From the NCBI GenBank assembly GCA_963820855.1, contig CAWGBY010000012.1:67963-131962 (forward strand): a stretch of DNA of 64,000 nt, written 5' to 3'. The stretch's first letter is position 1. The number at the start of each line of letters is the position of its first letter. The notes below the pieces were generated by a model. It was not told where the DNA came from, searched no databases, and was given only the letters and a program-made list of their open reading frames with translations. The translations under genes were made by a program, and so were the position numbers. Below are positions 30,837 to 41,278 of the stretch, one piece after another. The stretch comes from an uncultured Acidobacteriota bacterium (lineage in GTDB: Bacteria > Acidobacteriota > Vicinamibacteria > Marinacidobacterales > SMYC01).

Positions 30837-30922
30837 TGCCGCGCGGAAGGATAAGGAAAAGCGTCGGCCGAGGCAACCTCGCTTCGAAGCGAAGCGAGAA
30901 AGAATGACGAAGAGCGCCGTGT

Positions 30923-32750
30923 TCAGTAGACCGAGGAGAAGCGTGAGGTCGAAGCCGAAGCCCATGCGCAGCGACGCGATCGAAGCGGCGAGCGGCTCGA
31001 GCTCCATGTAGCGAAGACCGTAGAACCGCCCGAGCCCGGAAAGGGCGAGCATGTTGAGAAGGTAGCTGATGGAGAGGAGCGAGACCACGATGCGAAGGCG
31101 CTTCGAGAAGAGTCCGGTCGCCGCGAACGCGAGGAACATCGAGTGCGGGTGGTTCTCGTGGACGCCGACGGCGAGGATTCCATAGGCGAAGACCAGCGAG
31201 GCGCCGGCGAGACACGCTTTTTTCCCGGCTCGGTTCAGGATGAACGCCGCGGCGCCGAGGAAGAGCGCCGCTCCCGCGAGACCCGCCGGGAACGGCAGAG
31301 CGTCGACGCCGGCGTACTCCACGCGGGCCGAGAGCGCGGCTCCATTCACCACGTGCCCGGCGACCCACCAGAGATTCGCGAAGCCTGCGGACAGTCTCTG
31401 CTGAAAGAGAATCCGGAACACGTGGGTCACCGCTTCCTCGAGCGTCCCCGCGAGGACGAAGGGAACGAGGGCGGCGGCGACGACGACCGACCCGGCCGTG
31501 ACGGCGCGAATCCTGCCGCGAGGAAGCGCCGCGAACGCCGCCGGCGCGACGAGGAGAGCTTGCGGCTTGATCAAGGCCGCGAGTGCTACCGCCGCTCCCG
31601 CCAGGGCCGCTCGACCCTTCGAGGCGGCCGCGAGTCCCAGGACCGCGAACGGCGCATAGGCCGCGTCGAGAAACCCGAGGACCGCGCTCGGGAGCCACGA
31701 GAGAGGAAGCGCCCAGTAGAGAGCGGCGAGCGCGAGACCTCGCCTCGAGGGAAAGAGATACAGAAGGAGCAGTACCGAGAGGACGTCGCCGACGACCGCG
31801 GGAAGCTTCACCGCGGCGTTTTCTTTCTCCCCACGGTCGAGGTCGGGAGCGAGAAGGTCGACCATCTTCCACGACCCGCGCCAAAGCGCCATCGCGAGAG
31901 GAGGGTAATCGACGACGAAGTCTCGCCCTTTGTAAGCGATCTGAAAGAGCTTCTCGCGGCCGAGAAGGTGGGGGATGAAGTGCCCCTCGGGCGTGGCATC
32001 CGGCTCGCCGTAGACGCGCGCGACGCCGGCTCCGACGGCGCGGGTCATCCACGCTTTCCAGTACTCGGTGTCCCACGAGCCCGCCGAAAAGAGAAAGTAG
32101 AAGCGAATCCACGCGCCGAAGACGAGCGCGGCGAGAAGCGGCAACACCGTCCAGTAAAACCGCGATCGAAAACCGATGAGAGCGCTCGCGCCGAGGAGAA
32201 CCGCCGCCGCGGGGTGAGGCGCCGCGGCGAGAACGGCGAAAGCGGCCACGGCGAGCCCCGAGGCGAGTCCCAGACGCCTCGTGTGCTGCCGGCCGATCGC
32301 GATCGACGCAGCGAAGCTCACGACGAAGGCGAGTCCGTAGGTCCAGAACGCGGGAGGACTCCCGCTGACTTCGACCCGTCGAAGAACGAGGGGCGGCGTG
32401 CCATCAAGGGGGATCAATTGAAGCCGCGCTCCGCGGCTTCCGGTGGGCGGAAGCTCCGTCACGACGACCCCGTCCGGACTCGGCCGGACTTCGACCGCGG
32501 CGCCGTTGTCGATGCCGAGACGGAACGGACCCCCTTCGACCTCGAGACGGGCCTCGGCACGTGCCGCGCGACGGACGCCGGGAATGGATACGAGCGCCCG
32601 CTCGAGAACCCGTCCGGAAGGCGTCGCGCCGGCGACGTGACGGCGGAACGTCCGATCTCCGGACGCGGCCTCGAACGGTTGCGACAGCGCGGCCCGCACC
32701 GCCAGAGCCGCGGCGAGGGAGATTCCGATCTCGAGGAGTGGGATGCGCAT
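30923..32750 (-). CDS. Large polytopic membrane protein, GT-C-type glycosyltransferase-like (ArnT/PMT/DUF2029-like); 3' end inferred
   Basis: ATG 32750: MRIPLLEIGISLAAALAV.., a ~150-aa extracytoplasmic segment, then more than 10 TM helices with ..FVVDYPPLAMALW... As assembled it reads without a stop into the ABC gene (the 956-aa track ORF). A +1-nt correction near 30930 gives ..LLLGL* with a stop at 30923-30925. Confidence 0.5.
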
Positions 32751-32754
32751 GCGC

Positions 32755-34090
32755 TCAGCCGGAATCGAGAGCCATCGACTCGCGCAAGGCCCCGACGAGC
32801 CTTTCGGAGAGAGCCAGACTGTCCGAGATCGATCGATCGTGCGGCAGCAGGTGCGTGGTGTCGGCGGCCACCAGGTTCTCGACCGGCGTCCGGAGAGGCG
32901 CGAGCCGCGACGTGAATCCGACCGGACAGACCGGCTGCGCGAACGGTTCGCGGAAGACCCGGTAGTCGACGACGGTCGCCCGATCGAATCCGAGGCACGA
33001 TGCGCGCGATGCTCTCGAGGGTCTCCTTCGCCACGTCGTCGTCGAGCGCGCGGTAGCGGGCATCGGTCGCGGGAACGTAGAGAGGCGAATAGAGAAGCGT
33101 CGAGCCGTCGAACGAAGCCGGAGGGTTCAGGTTCGTGTATTCGATGAGCCCGCACACCGGGAGATCGTCGTTCACGTTGATCCAGAAGTACGGGGTGAGC
33201 GGCCTCGTCATCTTCAGCACGATGCAGCGCACGCCGACGTTGCCGAGCGCTACCGCCTGCTCCCGATATCCCGGCGGCAGATCGGGGGCGACGCGCAGGA
33301 GGAACGAAAGCGGGATCGTCGAGACGAAAGCGTCCGCTTCGTGGTCACTCCCGGAAGAGCGTGCGCCGCGAGCTCGCGAACCTTCGACGTAGAGCCGTTC
33401 GATCGGACTCGCGCAGTGGATCTTCCCGCCCTTGCCTTCGACCGCCGCAACCAAAGCTTCGACGAACGCGTCCGAGCCTCCCTCGAGAAACCCCAGCCAT
33501 TCCTGGAAGAGGCGGCTCCGCGAGCTCGCGAGACGGTGAATGCGGCTCCATATCCACGCGGCCGAAATACGATCCGTCTCGTCCGCGAACTTCTGTCGGA
33601 GGAGCGGCTCCCACACGACGCGATAGGCTTCTTCGCCCGCCCCCTCGAGGAGCCACTCCCGCGCGGGAACGTTCTCGAGCTCCTTCCACTCCGACCGGCG
33701 CTTCGCCTTCAGCACGTGAAGCCCGTAGCGCACGCGGGACGCCAGCGACAGAGGAGAGAAGCGGAGGAGCGAGAGAGGATCGCCGAACGGGTAGAGACGC
33801 TCGTCGCGGAAGACCGCCATTCCCGTCCGGCGCCAGCGGAGGCGCTTCGAGAGTCCGAGACGCTGAAGCCAGCGGAAATAGACGCGATCGGCGCCGCAGA
33901 GGAAGTGATAGAACTTCTCGGCGCGCACGGAGCCGAAATCGAAGGAGCCCGCGAGCCCTCCGGGCCGCTCGGCCGCTTCGAAGACCTCGACCTGGTGTCC
34001 CTCGTCGAGGAGGTCGAGCGCGGCGGCGAGCCCCATGACCCCCGCGCCGGCGATCAGAACCTTCAAATGGCTTTCAACGCAAAGACGCAA
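32755..34090 (-). CDS. NAD(P)/FAD-dependent oxidoreductase (amine-oxidase / phytoene-desaturase-like fold); frame-broken once
   Basis: Dinucleotide-binding motif KVLIAGAGVMGLAAALDLLDEGHQVEVFEAAERPGG. The join is ..ETLESIARIVPR | FDRATVVDYRVFREPFAQPVCPVGF.. with the break at ~32992. The true start may be TTG 34066 rather than 34090. Confidence 0.7.
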
Positions 34091-34187
34091 TGGGTACGCA
34101 AAGGCGCCAGAAAATCCTCACTCCGGCGGTCTTTCACGGTTTCCCTTTGCGCCCCTGCTTTCTTCGCGACTTTGCGTTGAAAGACAT

Positions 34188-34652
34188 TCAAGCCTCGGAG
34201 AGCCACTCTTCCAGGCTCCGGTGGCGGCCGAGACCTGCGGCGTCGAATTCTTCCTGACCGGGCTGCGCCGCGACACCGAGAGCTCGAAGCGCGCGATTGA
34301 CGGCTCCGCCCCCCTCCAGGGGACCGAGGATCACGTTCGAGTCGCGAAAGACGGCGGATCGCTCGAAACCCTCGCCGCCGAAATACTCGGTCTCGATGTA
34401 GGCGACGGCGAGACCGCCCGAGAGCGCCCGCGCCCAGTTCTCGACCGCGGGGGTGAGGAACTCGAAGATGCCCGCGATGTGCTCCGCGCCCTTGGAATCC
34501 CGCCATCCGCGCTGGATATCGCGGAGAAGGGACTCGGTGAGAGGAACCATGCCGAGCCCCGCGGAGAGCTCGATCACCCGGCTTCCGGACGCTGCGCCGA
34601 GGCGGCTTTTCAGAGTGGAAGCATCGCCCAGAAGCGCGCAGAGGGAGTACAC
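34188..34652 (-). CDS. Hypothetical protein (154 aa), no recognisable domain
   Basis: Intact ORF with coding-like composition and a conserved-looking core ..LAVAYIETEYFGGEGFERSAVF... There is no TM segment or signal peptide. Confidence 0.5.
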   Translation of the reverse strand: MYSLCALLGDASTLKSRLGAASGSRVIELSAGLGMVPLTESLLRDIQRGWRDSKGAEHIAGIFEFLTPAVENWARALSGGLAVAYIETEYFGGEGFERSAVFRDSNVILGPLEGGGAVNRALRALGVAAQPGQEEFDAAGLGRHRSLEEWLSEA

Positions 34653-34810
34653 GGTTTCGGCGCGAGTCTATTCGAGGGACCGGAAAGAGGCAATCTGGAT
34701 TTGCGAAAGCATACTGTTTCGTGATACTTGCATGTTGGGTTTAGGGCGAAGGATGGTCGCCGCGCAGGGGCCGTCCGGGACCGGACACTTCACTAAGGGG
34801 TGGATTTCCG

Positions 34811-35440
34811 ATGTCAGACACAGAGAGCCTCGAGCAGGATCCAAGCATTTCCCGGCGCAACTTCATCAAAGGAGTGATCGCCGGAGGGGCGGCGACGTAC
34901 TCCGCCGGATATCTCTTCCGCAGCGGCTCGGGCCTGATGGCGCAGCCGAATGCGGCGGGGTCGGTCGAGCGGCTCGTTACCCTCCGGGTGAACGGCCAGG
35001 ACCGGCCGGTGGACGTGTTGAAACAGGAGACGCTCGCGATGACGCTCCGCTACAAGCTGGGCCTCACCGGCACGAAGATGGGCTGCGACCGCGCCGAGTG
35101 CGGGAGCTGCACGGTGCTCATCGACGGCGTTCCCAAGTACTCCTGTTCTCTTCTCACGCATACCACCCGAGGCACGGAGATCACGACCATCGAGGGACTG
35201 GCCGCCGCCGATGGCACGCTTCATCCGGTGCAGCAGGCGGTCGTCGATGGCGGCGGGTTCCAGTGCGCCTTCTGCGCGCCTGGATTCATCATGAGCATGG
35301 TCGCGATGGTGGAGGCGAACCCCAACCCCACGCGCGCGGAAGCGGCCCAGGCGCTTTCGGGAAACCTCTGCCGCTGCTGTGACTACAACAAGATTCTCGA
35401 CTGCGCGGTGAGCGCGGCCGAGTATTCACGGAGGGTCTGA
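34811..35440 (+). CDS. Molybdenum hydroxylase small subunit, [2Fe-2S]-binding, with a Tat signal peptide (CoxS/PaoA-like)
   Basis: Twin-arginine motif SRRNFIKGVIAGGAA. Fe-S motifs CDRAECGSCTV and CAFCAPGFIMS..NLCRCCDY. Confidence 0.9.
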   Translation: MSDTESLEQDPSISRRNFIKGVIAGGAATYSAGYLFRSGSGLMAQPNAAGSVERLVTLRVNGQDRPVDVLKQETLAMTLRYKLGLTGTKMGCDRAECGSCTVLIDGVPKYSCSLLTHTTRGTEITTIEGLAAADGTLHPVQQAVVDGGGFQCAFCAPGFIMSMVAMVEANPNPTRAEAAQALSGNLCRCCDYNKILDCAVSAAEYSRRV

Positions 35441-35441
35441 C

Positions 35442-37848
35442 GTGGCCATCGAGAAGAAGCTCTTCGGACAGGACTACTCGACGCCGGACCTCGTCGCCAA
35501 GATGACGGGGAAGGCGCGCTACGCCGAGGACTTTCGCGCGGAAGGCATGCTCTTCGCGAAGCTCCTCCTGAGCCCGATGCCGCACGCCCGCGTGAGGAGC
35601 ATGGACCTGAGCGCCGCTCTCGCCATGGAGGGCGTGAAGGCGATTCTCACCGCGGACGATCTACCCAAGTCCGAGAACCCGCTCGATGAACGATCCCTGA
35701 CGAACGAGCCTCTCTATCAGGGAGAGCCCATCGTCGCCGTCGCCGCCGTCGACGAGCCGACAGCGGCCCTCGCCATCGAGAAGATCAAGCTCGATCTCGA
35801 GCCGCTGCCGTTCGTGATCGATCCGCTGGAGAGCCTCCGCCCGGGAGGGCCGAACGCGCACTCGCTCGGGAACAACTTCAAGGACCGCACGACGATTCAG
35901 GAGATCAAGTGGCCCGCGGAAGTGTTTCGCGAAGCCGGCGAGCACTTGCCGATGGGCACGCCCGATCTCGAGTGGACTCTCGGGGACGTCGAGGCTGGCC
36001 TCGCGGCGGCGGATTACGTCATCGACGAAACGCTCTTCCACCAGTCGCAGACCCACCATCCGCTCGAGCCCCGGAGCTGCATGGCCTACTGGCAGGGCGG
36101 CAAGCTCTACATTCACCCCTCGACGCAGTCGACCCAGCGCACGGTCCCGAACGTGGCGCGCATGGTGGGAATCGATCCCTCTCAGGTCGTGGTCGTCGCG
36201 GAATACTGCGGGGGCGGATTCGGAAGCAAGATTCCGGGCACCATCAACATGGCGATTCCGGCCCTTCTCTCGAAGAAGGCGAACCTTCCCGTCATGCACC
36301 GCGTGAGCCGCGCCGAAGAGAACGCTTTCGGTCGCGCGCGGCCCGGCTTCCAGGGTCGGGTGAAGATGGGCTTCCGCAAGGATGGGCGGGTCACCGCTAT
36401 CGACCTGTACCTCGTCCAGGACAACGGTCCCTACGGCCGGCAGGGCGACTACGAGACCGCCGGGAACATCGCGCACCTCTATTACACGCCGGAGAACATG
36501 CGCTTCCGCGGCATCACGGTGCTCACCAACACTCCGCCGCGCGCCGCGCAGCGGGCCCCGGGCGGCGTCCAGATCACGGCGATGCTCGAGCCGCTCATCG
36601 ACAAGGCGGCGAAGGAGCTGAACCTCGATCGCATCGCGATTCGAAAGTTGAACGCTCCGGACTCCACCACGAAGTACGGCTCGAACCAGCACAACCTGAC
36701 CTCGGCGTTCGTGCGCGAGGCGTTCGACAAGGGGGCCGAGCTCGTCAACTGGGAGGAGCTCAAGAAGGCCAGCGGACAGACGAACGGGACCAAGGTCACC
36801 GGAGTCGGCGTGGCGCTTTCGGCCTACGTCGCCGGGAGCCGCGGGTTCGACGGTCTGATGGTGGTGAAGCCGGACGGAAAGCTCTACGTTCATCAGGGGA
36901 TCGGCAACCTCGGAACGGGATCGTTCGCGGATACCGCCCGCGTCGCTTCGGACATGCTCGGAGTCTCCTGGGAGAACACGGTCGTTGTCTGGGGTGATAC
37001 CTCGAAGGGAGTCCCCTACTCGAGCGTCCAGGCGGGGAGCCAGACCATCCACGCGCACACTCGGGCCAACCACGCCGCTGCGACGGACTTGAAAAAGAAG
37101 CTCCAGGAGATCGCAGCCAGGGATTTCGGCGGATCGCCGGAGGGCTACGACGTCGGCGGCGGCCGAGTGTTCCGCAAGGGAAGCCCCGGAAGCGGCATGA
37201 CCCTCGCGAAGGCGGCGGAAAGGGCCATCGCGCTCGGCGGGAAGTTCGACGGGCACGAGGTCCCCGAGGACATCAACGCCGTCACGAAGGAGGGCGCGAC
37301 CATTCTCGCGGGACAGGGCGCCATGGGAGTCGCCAAGGACAACTACGGCGGTGAGGGCGACCTGTGGTCGTTCGTCGTGGGCTTCGCGAAGGTCGAGATC
37401 GATCGGGAGACCGGGCACATCCAGATCGTGGACTACACCGGAATCTCCGAGGTCGGCGTCGTCGCGCATCCCCGCGGACTCGCCGCGCAGGTGTCGGGCG
37501 GTTCCATTCAAGGTTTCGGGCTCGCGATGAGCCAGAAGTGGATCTACGACCCGAAGTGGGGCGTCTCCGCCACTCATCGCCTCTACACGGCGAAACCTCC
37601 GTCCATTCTGGACGTTCCGTTGACCACTCCACCACGGGACCGTCGAGATCCCGGATCCGCAGAACCCGGTCGGGTCGAAGGGAATCGGAGAAGCGCCGTT
37701 CGGCGCAGGGTGCGCGGCGGTGCTCTGCGCGATTCAGGACGCGATCGGCGAGCTCGACCTGAAACGATCGCCGATGATGACCGACCTGATCCTGAACCAG
37801 CTCGAGCAGATGCCTCAACCGTACAAGGTGCTGGCGACGCACGTCTAG
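35442..37848 (+). CDS. Molybdenum hydroxylase large subunit (xanthine dehydrogenase/aldehyde oxidase family, molybdopterin-binding); frame-broken near the 3' end
   Basis: GTG 35442 follows GGAGGG. ..TGKARYAEDF..HARVRSMD..EYCGGGFGSK..QRAPGGVQ.. | ..VEIPDPQNPVGSKGIGEAPFGAGCAAVLCAIQDAIG..*. The break is at ~37622 and the stop at 37846-37848. Confidence 0.9.
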
Positions 37849-37876
37849 GCGTCGAGCCGCTCAAGGAGAAACGAAG

Positions 37877-38873
37877 ATGGCCGTGATTAACGACACGATG
37901 GAAGCCTTCGAGCTCTTTCAGCCGGCGAGTCTCGAAGACGCGCTGGCCCTCCGGAGCCGCTACGGCAGGTCTTCCTGGGCCTTCGCCGGGGGGCTCGACA
38001 GCCTCGACTGGTTCAAGGATCGCATCAAGCGGCCCGAGGTGGTGATCGACCTCGGCAGGCGTCGCCGAGCTCAAGGGAATTCGGGAGAGCGGCGACGGCC
38101 TCGAGATCGGCGCGCTCACCACACTCACCGAGATCGCGGGGAACGAGACGGTGCGCTCGAAGTACTCGCTCTTGAGCGATGCCGCTTCCCACGTGGCGAC
38201 GCCCCAGATCCGCAATCAGAGCACGCTCGGCGGGAACCTCTCCCAGGACACGCGCTGCTGGTACTACCGCGGCGGCTGGCCCTGCTATCGGGCCGGGGGG
38301 AACATCTGCTACGCCGACACCCCGACCTCGGTCAATCGCGAGCATGCGATCTTCGAGGCCAAGCGCTGCGTCGCGGTGAATCCTTCGGACACCGCTCCCG
38401 CGCTCATCGCTCTCGACGCGAAGTTCGTGATCCATGGTCCGGGAGGCGAGAGGGTGGTGGACGCGGAGGACTACTTCATCACTCCGGCGACCGACATCCG
38501 TCGGATGACCGTTCTCGGTCCCTCGGATCTCCTCACCGCGGTCCGCATCCCGGGGACCTGGGCGGGCGCGCGCTTCTACTTCGAGAAGGTCCGCGACCGC
38601 CAGTCCTGGGACTTCGCGCTCGTGAACGTCGCGTCGGCGATGAAGCTTTCGGGCAACACCATCGAAGACGCGCGGATCGTAGTGAACGCGGTCGGGCCGC
38701 GCCCGCTCCGGCTCCGGGACGTGGAGCGCCAGCTCAAGGGCCAGACCGCGACCGAAGACGTCGCCGAAGCAGCGGGCGAGCTCGCGGTCCTCGGCGCGCG
38801 GCCATTGCAGCACAACGCGTACAAGATTCCGCTCATGCGCAACCTGGTGCGCCGCGCGATTCGAACGACTTGA
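37877..38873 (+). CDS. Molybdenum hydroxylase medium subunit, FAD-binding (CoxM/PaoB-like); frame-broken once
   Basis: MAVINDTMEAFELFQPASLEDALALRSRYG..EVVIDLG | GVAELKGIRESGDGLEIGALTTL..ATPQIRNQSTLGGNLSQDTRCWYYR..RDRQSWDFALVNVA... The break is at ~38058. Confidence 0.85.
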
Positions 38874-38910
38874 GCCGGCAACGCCGGCAAACGTTGGAGG
38901 CCTGACGTCT

Positions 38911-39732
38911 ATGAGTTTCTTTCAACGGGCGGAGAATCCCTGGGGGCAGGCGATCCTGACCCATATTTCCTGGGACCTCTTCTGGCTGGCGCTCGCGGGC
39001 GGCGCACTCTTCGTCATCGGGCACCTCTTGTGGCGAACCAAGCACAAGGAAGTGGCCGTCTCGGAAACACCCCCCGCGAAAGCCGCGGCCATCCCGGAGC
39101 GGATCCTCCGTCATCCACTCGGCTCGCGCTTGTTTCACTGGTCGATGTCCGCCTCGGTATTCGTGCTCCTGGTGACGGGGTTCTTTCCCGTCCTGGGCAT
39201 TCAGTTCGACTGGATCACCATTCACTGGATCGCGGGATTCGTTCTCATCGGCACGGTGATCTTCCACATCATCCACGCGTCGTTCTGGCTCCGGCTCCGG
39301 GACATCTGGATCGGCGCCCGGGAGTGGAAGGAGTTCCGGCAAGGGATCGCGAATTCGCTCGGAAATGCGCCGGCTCCTCCGAAGCCAGGAAAGTATCCGG
39401 CCGAACAGCGGCTCTTCCACCATCTGGTGTCCCTAGCCACCTTCGGCGTGATCCTTACGGGGCTACTCATGATGGTGCGGGTCGAGAACCCGATCTTCGC
39501 GCGCAACCCGTACCTCCTCCAGGACTCGACGTGGGGCTGGGTATACGTGCTCCATGGCCTTTCGGCGGTCGGACTCATCGGGATGATCGTCGCCCACGTC
39601 TACTTCGCGATTCTTCCCGAGAAGCGGTGGATGACGATGTCGATGATCGCCGGCTGGATCACCAAGAAGGACTACCTCGCCCACCACGATCCGGATCGCT
39701 GGGTGGTGACCGAGGAAGCGAAGAATCGATAA
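38911..39732 (+). CDS. Membrane di-haem cytochrome b family protein (Ni/Fe-hydrogenase / FdnI / PhsC-type cytochrome b)
   Basis: Intact 273-aa ORF with four or more TM helices and conserved His positions (RLFHWSMSASVFVLLVTGF; IHWIAGFVLIGTVIFHIIH; VLHGLSAVGLIGMIVAHVYF). It lies directly downstream of the Mo-hydroxylase genes. Confidence 0.7.
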   Translation: MSFFQRAENPWGQAILTHISWDLFWLALAGGALFVIGHLLWRTKHKEVAVSETPPAKAAAIPERILRHPLGSRLFHWSMSASVFVLLVTGFFPVLGIQFDWITIHWIAGFVLIGTVIFHIIHASFWLRLRDIWIGAREWKEFRQGIANSLGNAPAPPKPGKYPAEQRLFHHLVSLATFGVILTGLLMMVRVENPIFARNPYLLQDSTWGWVYVLHGLSAVGLIGMIVAHVYFAILPEKRWMTMSMIAGWITKKDYLAHHDPDRWVVTEEAKNR

Positions 39733-39736
39733 CCAA

Positions 39737-39786
39737 ATCCCCTCTCCACCCTCGCCCGAGTGAAAAAGTGGAGAGGGGATTTTTTT
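39737..39786 (+). terminator. Rho-independent terminator after the cytochrome b gene
   Basis: Perfect 13-bp stem ATCCCCTCTCCAC (39737-39749) / GTGGAGAGGGGAT (39768-39780), an 18-nt loop, then TTTTTT (39781-39786). Confidence 0.85.
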
Positions 39787-39802
39787 GCGCGTCGAGCGAG
39801 CC

Positions 39803-40222
39803 ATGTCCCTTCAAGAGCTGAAGAAGAGAATCGATATCATCGAAGAGAGCTACGAGTTCATGCTGGCCTACGCCGCTCAGGGGCTCGACGGCGACGAAGG
39901 CTCGAAGAGCGGAGGCGAGCTGCGCCGGCTGCTTTCGAGGTGCGATGCCGCCATGGACGGACTCGCCGCCTTCTTCCGGGGTGTGGTCGTGAGCGAAAAG
40001 CTCGATCCGAAGGAGAGCTTCGACACCTTCATCGACGTTCTGGAGCGGGACATCGAGAAAGCCCGGGCCGGTCTCCGGTTGACGCTCGTTCAGCCATCGA
40101 TCAGCTCGCAGCTGGTGGACAACCTGAACGCGTCCATCCATCTGAGGACGCTTCTCACCGACATCTTCCTCGTCGACGAGATCGTGAAAAAGCGCCTCCT
40201 GGACCGCGCGAAGAGCCCCTGA
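39803..40222 (+). CDS. Hypothetical helical protein (~139 aa)
   Basis: ORF 39785..40222. The more likely start is ATG 39803 (MSLQELKKRIDIIEESYEFMLAYAAQG..), because 39785 lies inside the terminator T-tract. No recognisable domain. Confidence 0.45.
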   Translation: MSLQELKKRIDIIEESYEFMLAYAAQGLDGDEGSKSGGELRRLLSRCDAAMDGLAAFFRGVVVSEKLDPKESFDTFIDVLERDIEKARAGLRLTLVQPSISSQLVDNLNASIHLRTLLTDIFLVDEIVKKRLLDRAKSP

Positions 40223-40240
40223 CTTCGACCGGAAGTTCCG

Positions 40241-41162
40241 CTATCTCTCCGGCTCCGCGACCACGAGAGCGACCGCGTCGCTCGAGGGCGATATCGCGAG
40301 CCGCGAGACCGCGCCCAGATGGTGCGGCGCGGCGTCGAACACCTCGGTCCAACTCGAAGCGCCTCGGGTCCACGAAAACACTTTCGTGCCGCCCGACATG
40401 AGGATCGTTTCGCCGTCCGGCATCCACGCCATGTCCCCTTCCGCGTTGCCCTCGACGACCTTCACCAGTGGGTCGATTTTCTTCGATTCGATCTCGATCT
40501 GCTTGATCCAGAGCTCACCGGAGTCCTCACGATGCACGAAGCTGACGAGGCGCGTGCCCGGAATCCGGTGGAGCGATCTTCCGATGCTTTGCGCGGCGAT
40601 CTCCCCCTTGCCCGTCTCGACGTTCGCGATCTGGAGCGTCGAAGGCTCGCCGAGAACGAAGAGGGCGAGCCTTCGTCGCATCCACCCAGGTGTGATAGCC
40701 CACCGGGTTGACGTCTTTCAGCACCAGCGCCGGGTTCTGTCCCTGCGCGTCGAAGCGCCACAACCGCTGGACCCGATCCGGCTCCGTCCGCACGACGCTG
40801 AACCCGCCCGAATCGCCGACGCCTTCGGGAAGGTACGTGGGAGAGTTCTCGTTCTCCGGAGTCCGAGTCAGTTGAGAAACCCGTCCGCTGGCACGGTCGA
40901 ATACGAAGACGTCGGTCTGCGCGCCGTCGTGATTCGCGGCGAACAGCATCCGGGCGCCATCGGGGCTGAACATCGGCTGGTTGTCGTAGCCCGGCGCGGT
41001 CGAGACCGGCAACGGCTTCGCCTCCTTGAACGACGCCAACCCGCGGCTGAGCGGGACGAGGTAGATGTCGGTGCCGGGCGGTGGCGCTGGCGAATCCGGT
41101 TGAGACGCTGTCGGAGCCTGTAGACCCGAACCGAGAGCCGCGATGAAAAGAAGTGCGCGCAT
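40241..41162 (-). CDS. Secreted TolB-like / PD40 beta-propeller repeat protein; frame-broken once
   Basis: Signal peptide MRALLFIAALGSGLQAP. ..GYDNQPMFSPDGARMLFAANHDG.QTDVFVFD..NENSPTYLP..GYHTWVD | RRLALFVLGEPSTLQIANVETG..MAWMPDGETILMS... The break is at ~40680. Confidence 0.65.
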
Positions 41163-41278
41163 GGCGCGAGTATACCCTCCCCCTTATGACGGTCCTGGAT
41201 TTCCCGCGGATCCGCAGGCTTCTGAGGAGCCTTGCGCACAACGCGGACAGAAGCTTAGAGCGCTGAGCTCCCGACGGC

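Noticed and set aside
30285-33155. 956-aa fusion of the GT-C-like membrane protein with the ABC substrate-binding domain, and likewise the 460-aa ORF 58939..60321 fusing the monooxygenase-like protein with a GNAT
   Set aside because: Both read-throughs vanish after the same +1-nt correction seen at ~35 other sites. The corrected frames give stop codons at 30923-30925 and 59778-59780, and the latter forms an ATGA overlap with the GNAT start.
34653-34810. Possible Moco riboswitch upstream of the molybdenum hydroxylase operon
   Set aside because: The 158-nt region is relatively AT-rich and promoter-like. I could not find the paired-stem architecture or conserved blocks I associate with the Moco RNA motif. 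An Infernal search with the Rfam Moco_RNA_motif model would decide the question.
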